Assembly: GCF_018350175.1 (NCBI RefSeq)
Contig: NC_058383.1
Span: forward strand, 18,290,001 to 18,354,000
Reading direction: 5' to 3'
Origin: Felis catus
Taxonomy: Eukaryota
Length of the DNA stretch: 64,000 bases
Shown piece after piece: positions 50,397 through 64,000 of the stretch (its first letter is position 1; each line of letters starts with the position of its first letter). The notes below the pieces were generated by a model, which was not told where the DNA came from, did not search any database, and was given only the letters and a program-made list of their open reading frames with translations. The position numbers and the translations under genes are program-made.

Positions 50397-51272
50397 ATGA
50401 GGCTGTGGCTGTGGGCTTGGGTGTGGGTGTGGCTGCTGGGGCTGGGGGCCATAGAAACAGGTGGGAAGCTGTCCCGGGAGCCGCGGGAAGGAGAAAGTCT
50501 TGGGGGTTAAAGGGCCAGTCTGCCCGAGGAGTTGGGTGGCCAAGGCTGGGCCTTCCTCTTGCCCTCCACATTTCTCTCCATCCAGCATGGGCCTTCTTGT
50601 GGAGAGCTCAGTTGATCCTTGAGAGATTCCTGGAACAAAATCAAGCCCCTCCATAGCCACACTAAGGCCGTGTGGCCTGACAGGGTCCTGGGTTGGCTTC
50701 AGCTTCTTGGGGTAGAGGGCATGGGTCTGCTGGATTCTTGAGGTAGACTTTGCTCCCTAGCACCCAGCCCACAGAGGGCCAACACCTTGACCCGGCGAGC
50801 AGAGTCTGTGCTCTTCCTGGACAGACCTGACTTCTTTGATTACCCGGACTCAGACCAAGCCAGGCTCCTGGCCGTGGCCCGGTTTATTGGAGAGAAACCC
50901 GTCATCTTTGTTAACTCAGGTATGAACCAGCTTGAGACGGCCTCCTTCCTTGCCGGGGTCTGGAGAAGAGCTGCCCTTGGCCCTCCAATTGGAGGTGAGT
51001 CCAGGGTCCCCATCTCCCCCTTCTTGTCTAACAGGATACAACTCTGAGTTCTTCTATCACATCCTAGTGGGTGCTCTGGTAGTGGCCTTCCTCTTCCTCC
51101 TTTTCCAGTTCTGCACACACATGTAAGCCCCCCCACCCCGGCCCCTACCGGTCTCCTGCCCCACCCCAGCTTTCCTTGGGAGAGGCTGAAGGACCCCAAA
51201 GCCTAGGGAGGCAGGGCGTGGCCTCCCACTTCTGATCTCATACCCCATAGGAGCTGCCAAAAAGGGGCCTAA
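50397..51272 (+). CDS. FIMP1: Fertilization-influencing membrane protein (C16orf92/FIMP), 110 aa
   Basis: Exons 50397-50460, 50761-50919, 51035-51122, 51251-51272 (333 nt). Signal peptide MRLWLWAWVWVWLLGLGAIETA, then FLDRPDFFDYPDSDQARLLAVARFIGEKPVIFVNS, TM ILVGALVVAFLFLLFQFC and end QKGA*. AATAAA at 51338-51343. Confidence 0.93.
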
Positions 51273-52319
51273 GGAGCCGGACAAGGGCCTTGCACTCTGC
51301 CCTGAGTGCCCAAACCTGCCCTCCTTTCCCGCTGATGAATAAAAGTCTGCTTTTTTCTTCCTTGACTGCTCGGTAGCCATCCAGGGGGTCCTGCCCCGTC
51401 CTATGGTCATCTGTGCTTTCTGTCCCCAGACCCCCCCCCCACCCTTCCCAGCACCAAAGAACTGGGTGAAGAGGGCCTTGGTGGCGTTCACGCAGATCGT
51501 CTTTATTAGCGGTCTGTAAAGCACCTCCCAGGGTCCCCTGACCCCAGACTGGAGGAAGCCTTGAGAGGTCTGTAGCACCAGGGACATGCCAGGGCCCGAG
51601 GGCAAGATGTGCAGCCTAATGGGGAAGGGACTGGGTGCCCCTCGCCCGCCCCCGGGGTTGCTCAGCACTGGGAAGGTTGGGGGGTAGCAGCCACCTCCCT
51701 CCCCCCATCCCTACAAACTAGTATGAATTTGGGCGAATAAATAAAATAAATAAGATTCCTTAGGCTGGCCTTCCCTAGGGAGGAGCAGTGGAGGCAGCTA
51801 GCCCCAAGCGAGGCCTGGGGTGGGGGTGGGGGGGATAGTTAGGGTGTCCCCTCCCTCCCAGATGGTGGGGAACCGAGAGGAGTCTGCAGCAGGGGGGCTG
51901 GGATGGCCTTGACAGCAGGGCCTCCCCCACATTCTCCGAGTCCTGGTCCCCTTGAGTCAGTCTCCCCACGGCCCTCTAGCCCTCAGTGGACAGGAAGTGA
52001 TGCCCCCTTCCTCTGGTCCTTTGCTCCCCCCAGAGCCCCAGGGTTGGTGACGGGAGAAGGGGGGCCGCGCAGGAAGGGGCTTGCTACCCTCAGCTCAGGC
52101 ACTGCTGGGAGAAGAGGTTCCCCCTCCCTGCCTTCCTTTTCACCTGGTCCCTGACCCTCTGCCCCTGAGGGCAGATGTCCCGCCCCTCGGCCCCTTCAGA
52201 GTCCATCTGTCAGTCCCCGGGCTGTCAGGGCAAGAGGCCCCTGGCTCCCACCCCCTGCCCAGCGGCCCCAGAGCCCCGTCCCCAAGGGGTGGGATGGGGA
52301 GGGTCCCCCGGCCCCACCC

Positions 52320-57192
<4,873 letters not shown>

Positions 57193-59174
57193 GGTGGCTC
57201 AGGCCTCAGGCAGGGAAGCGAGAGGCCGTGAGGGGGCAGGGAGGCCGAGCTGAAGGGAGTTCGAGGTGGAGAAGGGACACCAAACCAGGGAAGGAGAGAG
57301 AAAAAGAAAAAGGGGCACAAAGGGGACAGGGCGGGGACGGGATGGGGCAGGCGAGTCAGACCAGAGGAAGGGAGAATGGGAGTTAGATGAGACTGGGGAA
57401 ATGGGGAGAGGCTGGGGAGAGGGAGGATCCGGGAAAGGGAGCGGGAGGAAGCTGGCCAGAGGGCTGGAAGCGAGACGGGAGGAGAGGACTTGGTCAGAGG
57501 ACAGAGAGGGAGAGGGTACCGGAGGAGGAGGATGCGGGTGGGGGAGGGGAGGGAGAGAAGAGGCAGGTGGGGAGGGGGGGCTTACGTGGAGAGGCTGGGA
57601 GGACCCGAGAAGGCGGGGTGGGACTGTGGTGCCAGCCCTGAGAGGGAGGGAGAGGGAGGGAGGGAGGGAGGTGGGAGGGAGGGAGACAGAGGAGTGGCCG
57701 GGCAAGTGGTCAGCGGTCAGCACTGCTCTCCCGCCTCTCGCTGCTGCCACGGTCCCCGCTGCCCGGCCCCGGAGGCTGCACGGGGCATTATAGAGAGTTC
57801 GTGCCCAGCCCCCTGCCCCCTCGGAGGGGAGGGGGAGGGGGAGGGGGAGTCACCAGCTTGGGGAGGGCGGGGGAGGGGTGGGGAATGATGGCACCGACCA
57901 GACACCAAGAAACCGGACCTGCAGCGCGTCTCCCATGCAGCTCTGAGCCACAGCAGCGGCTGCGACAGAGATGGGGGGGAGCAGAGAAAGAGGGAGGGGG
58001 AGGCCCTTAAAGAGACAGCAGCTGCGGCGCAGGGGGCTGCTGGGGACAAGGGCCAGGGGAGGGTCAGCTCTCCTCTTGGGGAGGAAGGTGGCCCTGGGGT
58101 CCCTGGCTAGCTGGGAGGGGGCTCTGAGCCGTCAGATGGGGGCTCGACCCTGTTTCCCACCAGTACATTTGCAAATGCCTACCATTTCTTCCGCTGCCAA
58201 TGCCTCCCGACACTTGTCCCTCAGTGACCCGCTGGGGTCCCAGTTTAGGGGTGTCCCTCCAGCAAAGAGAAAAAGAGGATTCCCTGGAGGAGGGAGCAAG
58301 ACAAAGTGGTGCATCTTGCCGTCTCTGAAGGATGAATTTAAGGACGCATGGGAATAAAAACACCTCAACACAGCATCCTTTCAGGCTCTGAGACCCCCCC
58401 CCCACACACACACACAAACATCCTTCATTCCAATGGGAAGAAGAAAATTCTAGGTATACATGAGGTGTCTCCTGACTGCTGCAAGACTGCCCTGTAATCT
58501 TGTCTAACTATCGTAATAGCACCGAGGTGACAGCACTTATCCCCTTTTTACAGGTCAAGAAATGGTCCTGAAGCCTTCAGTGGCCCTCCCCAAGGTCCCA
58601 TAGCTAAGAAGAGGCAGGACCCTTCTCGTGCTGGGTGTCGGAGTGGCTGCAGGGTTTGAAGAAGAACACCTGCCCCTCTGAAAACCCACCTGGAGCACAA
58701 GGACGCCCTGTCCCTGTCCTTCAGGCTGCCTGGCCTCTCCTGGCCTCCCCTAAGCACTGGTCACTTTGCTTTTTCTTCAGGTTTATCATCTTCCTGGCTC
58801 CCCTTCGTCTGCGACTTCACAGAACAGCCCAGTTTCCCAGAAAAGGACCTCAAGGATTAGCTGGTTCGAGCCCCTCATTCAAGCACAAGGAAATCAAGGC
58901 CCAGTGATTTGTGTGTCCAAAGCCCAGCTGGAACCCTCTGAACGGCTTCTCACCCTTTCGTGCTGCCTTCCTGGAAGTTGGCCTTCCTGGCCTGCCCCCA
59001 ACTGTCCTACGGACTTCTGCATGATGTGGGGCCTGTACCCACACCATACTTTCGTTTCCAGGCCTGCCCTAAGGTGCACCTCAATTAGCAGCCCTACGAT
59101 TTGCTTTTGCCTGTCCTCAGACCATTCCATTTCCTCCCCAAAAGAGAGGCAAAGGGCTGGATTTGCAATTTTAT

Positions 59175-59190
59175 GCTGCCCTCTAGTGGC
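59175..59190 (-). promoter_or_regulatory. CTCF motif between the two TLCD3B first exons
   Basis: The minus strand reads GCCACTAGAGGGCAGC. Confidence 0.7.
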
Positions 59191-59312
59191 ACGAGGAAGG
59201 AACAGATCCTGAGAGGTCTCTGGCCTTAGGCAGAAGTTGGGGACAATTTAGAGACAATAGTGGACCCAGCTTCCTGGCTCCAGGGCTTCCCTTCAGGGGG
59301 AAAGGAACCCAA

Positions 59313-59518
59313 GTTTTTTTTAAAGTTTATTTATTTATCTTGAGAGAGAGAAAGAGAGCAGGGGGAGGATCAGAGAGAGGGGAAGAGAGATTCCTAAGCA
59401 GACTCAGCACTATCAGCACAGAGACAGATGTGGGGCTCGATCCCATGAACTGCGAGATCATGACCTGAGCTGAAATCAAGGGTCGGAGGCTTAACCGACC
59501 GAGCCACCCAGATGCCCC
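59313..59518 (-). mobile_element. Can-SINE
   Basis: Typical body; flanking GAACCCAA duplication. Confidence 0.85.
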
Positions 59519-59976
59519 AGAACCCAACTTCTTGAGTGTTCACTGTGTGCTGGGCATGAGGCAAGGTGATTTATGTTCATTCTTATTTAATCTCCCAAGA
59601 TGGTAATATATGTTTGATAGACAAGAAACAGGTTTAGAGATTTAAGAAACAAAAGACAAAAAAACCTGAGCAAGATAACACAGCTACGAAAACTGGCAAA
59701 ACTGGATAGCTCCAAAGGCAAAGAGTAAAGCCACTGAGTCTGGGGGAGGATGGGCACCATCCTGGGGGATGGTAGGGCACCATAACTACTGGATTGAGGA
59801 CGGCAAACTTGGCCAAGTTGTGGCTTCTCTGCAGATGACATGAATTACAGCAGGCAGAGACACTTTTCTGTCCTCCAAGAATTCACCTAGACACCCAAGT
59901 GAATTCTGCCTTCTGCCGGCTCTCTCTCCTACCTAAGTTTCCATGATAGGTCACATGTACATTAAGCTGTGTCAAA

Positions 59977-60285
59977 CAGGTCATAAATTTGCAGTGTAAG
60001 GGCCCCAATCCAGCCCACAGGCATGCTTTGTTTGGCTAGTATAGAGTTGCCAATACAGAATTTTCTGAAATTCCAAGTTATGTGTCAGTGTTTGAAAATT
60101 AGGAGATTTCCCACCAAAGCTCAACTTCCTTTAGGAAAGAATCCAAAGGCCAGACAACATGGAGCCCACGTTCTAGGTCCATACTATCTGGCTGGAGCTG
60201 AGCAGCCGCTGCCCCATTTGATGAGCTCACCAGTCCTCACGGAGCCTGTGGCCTTCGTGTGACTTGCAGGAGTCTGCAGCCCCGA
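59977..60285 (+). mobile_element. MER102-like hAT-Charlie DNA transposon
   Basis: aatccagcccacaggcatgctttgtttggc...aaaattaggagatttc...ggctggagctgagcagccgctgcccc matches my recollection of the MER102 consensus. Confidence 0.65.
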
Positions 60286-60625
60286 CTTCGGAGATATGAA
60301 CTCAACCGACTCAACTCCACCCAACATCTCCACAAGGACTGGATGGTGGGGGTTCTTAGTAAGCCCGTTTACAAGTGAGGGCTCTGAAGTTCAGAGAGGT
60401 GAAATGACTTGCAAAAGATCCCAGAGCCAGGTTTTTTTTTTTTTTTTTTTTTGACTCATCTCCCCTGGTGCGCGTGCACGCGCACACACACGCGCACGCA
60501 CGCACACGCACGTGCGCACGCGCGCATACTGGGCTTCTGCTCTCACCACTGACTCTTCCTAAAAGCAGGGGATCAGCTCCACCAGCCCTGGCCCCAGGAA
60601 GGATGCCCTCACTCTGTCCTCTTAC

Positions 60626-60750
60626 TTGGACGCCACCAAAACAGCCTCTGGTCTCTCCATCCGCAGGTGGGAGTGGTTCTGCAGGCCCCAGCAGAGGACA
60701 GTGAAGCTCAGTGGGAAGAAAATGCAGCCCAGTACAAAGAGCAGGGGCAT
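60626..60750 (-). CDS. TLCD3B: TLCD3B alternative (distal) first coding exon
   Basis: ATG at 60750 encodes MPLLFVLGCIFFPLSFTVLCWGLQNHSHLRMERPEAVLVAS(K) ending AA|gtaag. 125 nt and phase 2, like the proximal first exon, so it splices in frame to the exon starting at 56169. Confidence 0.85.
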
Positions 60751-61342
60751 GCCTGTGGGGGAGGGGGTAGAGAAGGTGAGAAAAGGTGACCATGAGAACG
60801 CCTCAGCACAGTTGGCGTCCCTCAGCCCCAGACACCCCTTTCACCCCAATAACTCAACAGCCCATGGGATCCACCCATCTGTAAGCACCAAAAACCACCA
60901 GGCATCTCTCTTCCCTAATCTCTTTGGGACCTTTACTGCTCTTTAAATGTCCCTCATCCAGGGCAATTGGACATCCTTTTTTCCTTTTTTTTTTTTTTTT
61001 TTTTTTTTTTATCAACCTGTTCCAACAATTTCAAGCAGTTTCCCTGTCACCCTCGAAGCTGGTCTATAACTCCCAGTCCATCTCACACCTTAAAATTTCT
61101 TCTCTTCATCCTCAACCCTAAGGATGTGCCTGCTCTTTCTTAACTCTACCCCGTCCCATCTTCTGCCCCATCCCCAAGCTCTTCGGGTCACCTCTCCCTT
61201 CTCCTAGGTCCTCACCTCTGAGGGGACGAGGTGGAGGCTACGGAGGAAGGCTGATGATTCTCATCAGCGCCCGGAATTCAGAAAAAGGAAAGAGGGTGTT
61301 CACATCGTAAAGATATTGGAATTTTAAAACTAACCTTTTTTT

Positions 61343-61558
61343 TTTAATTTTTTTTCAACGTTTATTTATTTTTGGGACAGAGAGAGACAGAGCATGAACG
61401 GGGGAGGGGCAGAGAGAGAGGGAGACACAGAATCGGAAACAGGCTCCAGGCTCTGAGCCATCAGCCCAGAGCCTGACGCGGGGCTCGAACTCACAGACCG
61501 CGAGATTGTGACCTGGCTGAAGTCGGACACTTAACCGACTGCGCCACCCAGGCGCCCC
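61343..61558 (-). mobile_element. Young SINEC_Fc with intact TSD
   Basis: Near-consensus GGGGCGCCTGGGTGGCGCAGTCGGTTAAG head with CpGs retained; TSD AAACTAACCTTTTTTT at 61327 and 61559. Confidence 0.9.
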
Positions 61559-62451
61559 AAACTAACCTTTTTTTAAAAAAAGAAAGAGGAAGGCCAAAGC
61601 ATTATCCCATTGACAAAGGAAAAAAAAAATCAAGAAACAACAGAATCCCTGAAAACAGACGTATTTACATATATGTTATTTTTGTCTGGAAAAGCCTCCC
61701 CTCCCGTCCACTCCAGGGAGGGGAGGGGTGGAGAAAGCCCAGGGGGGATGCAGGGAGTTGGGGCCGCCACCCTGCATCCCTTAGGCAGCAGTGAGGGGAC
61801 CTTCTTTTAGGATACAAGGAAAGTGTCAAACTGCAAGGGCACGAGGCTGAGGCGGCTCTGCTCTGGGGAGGCAGTTGCAGAGGGCAGGAACTTCCCTCCC
61901 ATTGGTGGACTGGTGGGCGGTTTAGACCATGCTATCCTCCCATTGGCCCACTCTTGACACCTGTGCCCTATGATATGCTTGCTGGCAGCGGGTGGACTGT
62001 GGGGCCTTCTAATGCAGAACTGACCAATTAGAACTGGTCATGGCTCAGTGGACAGCTACATTTCCCCAGAGCTAAAAGAGGAGTAAGGAAACGGGAGGGA
62101 GAAGATAACACCCTAAGTAGTCGTGGCTTTAAAAGGCAGTACAGTATAGGATAAGAGTTAAGATGGCAATTTCTAGGCTGGGACCATCTGGGCTTCACAT
62201 TCAGGCTCCGTGTATAATAAAAGAAACATACTGTATGAATCCACTTGGATGAAATTCAAAACAGGCAGAATATCTTCAGTGAAAAATCAGAACAGCACTT
62301 AACTTGGTGGGAGGTATTGATGAGAGGGGACCCCAGCGAGCCTTCTGAGAGATTAGGAATACCCTTATGTTGATCACGAGTGTATACATGGATAAACATG
62401 TCCAAGGCATACCCTTAAAATGGTGTGCGCTTTATTTAAATTAAGCTGGAA

Positions 62452-62685
62452 TTTTATTTTATTTTATTTTATTTTTTTATTTTGAGAGAGTGTGTGCAAG
62501 CACATGTGAGAGGGAGAGGAGTAGAGGGAGAGAGAGAGAGAGAGAGGGAGAAAGAGAGCGAGAATCCCAAGCAGTCTCCCCAAGCAGTCTCCCTGACTCG
62601 GGGCTTGATCCCATGCCCCTGGGATTATGACCTGAGCCAAAATCAAGAGTTCCACGCTTAACTGACCAAGCCACCCAGTCGTCCC
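62452..62685 (-). mobile_element. Can-SINE adjacent to an L1 3' end (~62215-62445)
   Basis: (GA)n, gattatgacctgagccaaaatcaagagt; flanking TGGAATTTTA duplication. Confidence 0.8.
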
Positions 62686-63639
62686 TGGAATTTTAAAAAT
62701 GCTAAACAAATTTAGGCTCTCCCATTCCCTGAATGATTGTGGGTCAATTTCTGTGGGTCAATTCTTCATTTGTGGGATAATAATAATTCCAGTTTGTTAA
62801 ATGCTATTATATGGCGTTTACTATGGGCCAGACACTGATCTGGGCGCTTAAAAATATCAACTCATTTCCTCATTAACAAAGGAACAGCTTTATGAGTTGT
62901 TTTCTATTGTGTCTACTTTACAGAGGCACAGACAGGTTTGGTACCTTGTCCAAAGTTACACAGGACGTGAACAAAGTAGGATTTTTAAAATCTTATTTTC
63001 TGAATGCATTGGTCTCTATAATGTTAAGCAGATATAGAAAACCCATAAACTCATTTTCCTGAAGGAACTGCAAGATTAAAAAAAATAACTTCAACACGCC
63101 AGTCACAGTTTCAGAACTTATCTCTGTTAATGGTTCTTGCTTCCTTAGCTACTCTGTCGGTGGAGTGTACAACTCCTGATCTGGGGGTTGTAAATTCGAG
63201 CCCCACGGTGGGTGTAGAGATTACTTAAAAATAAAACCCTTAAAAAAAAAAAAGAGTTAAGAATTTTTTTTTTTTCCCCTCAAGAACCTATTGCTGTCCC
63301 CTTGGGGGCGATATTACCCCTGTTGAAATGCATTAGGGCCATCACACCAACTCGTGTTCTGAGCCACCTTTACACACACCATCTCAACATCAGTGAAATA
63401 GTATTAGTCTCATTGCACACCTGAATACTGCGAGAAGCTATATTAATTATCGAAGTTTGAAATGGCTGGTAAGTGGATGGGGAATCCAGAGACCTGCGGA
63501 GATCCTAGCTTAGCCACTTAATTATCTTCTCCAAAACTTTGCTTCCTCATATGGAAAATGGTGGGGTCGGTGCAAAGAAACTTTGTCTAAACCTCGGGGT
63601 TTTGTGGTTTGTCTGTTTGTTTTTGCCCTATTTAACTTA

Positions 63640-63890
63640 ACAGCAAACATTTACACAGCCTACATATCAGGCACCCATCGGTGCCCTTTTCACACACTAA
63701 TATAATCCTTACAATAACATAAGGAGGAGATGCCATTATCACTTCCCTTTACAGAGGAGGGAGTTGAGTGAGGCACAGAGAGGTTGCAAGACTTGCTCAA
63801 GGTCACATCGGCAGTTAAGTGGCATAGCTGGGATTTGAACCTAGTTAGTCTAATTTCCAGAGTACCTGCTTTTAACCATGTACTTTAAAG
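63640..63890 (-). mobile_element. MIR
   Basis: taatccttacaataac...tttacagaggag...gacttgctcaaggtcacat...gggatttgaacc. Confidence 0.7.
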
Positions 63891-64000
63891 GGAAACGTCT
63901 TCTCACTTGTAAATAGAAGGTAACAAAAAATAAATGAAATGAAAAACAAACAAACAAACAAACAAACAAACTCGTTCTAACCTTCTAGCTCGATGTTTTC

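Noticed and set aside
51737-51752. AATAAA repeats on the + strand beyond FIMP1
   Set aside because: More simply a U-rich element in the TLCD3B (-) 3' UTR; FIMP1 already has a proximal AATAAA at 51338.
58620-58800. Possible third TLCD3B-like first exon or + strand exon (strong acceptor at 58780)
   Set aside because: Wrong strand for TLCD3B, interrupted by a stop, and the similarity is too weak.

Overview
Mammalian (carnivore, most likely felid, judging from SINEC_Fc-type SINEs) genomic DNA syntenic with the human 16p11.2 gene cluster. It is not prokaryotic, so most entries in the ORF track are exon fragments or shadow ORFs. Gene order: 3' end of TMEM219 (+), TAOK2 (+; long transmembrane alpha and spliced beta C-termini), HIRIP3 (-), INO80E (+; head-to-head with HIRIP3), DOC2A (-; 3' UTR apparently overlapping INO80E), FIMP1/C16orf92 (+) and TLCD3B/FAM57B (-; two alternative 125-nt first coding exons). 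Exons were built by hand from GT-AG boundaries and frame continuity, and identified from my recollection of the orthologous proteins. Seven N gaps hide the TAOK2 start codon, the alpha/beta donor and probably the alpha polyA site. I found no convincing new gene system. The most notable sequence-level observations are a ~196-nt AG-free zone with a distant CTAAC branch point ahead of the TAOK2-beta exon, a degenerate ~29-bp tandem array in the TAOK2 5' region, duplicated TLCD3B first exons, an intronic RE1/REST site between two CTCF motifs, RFX X-boxes, a 3' UTR G-quadruplex and a cryptic HIRIP3 terminal exon.
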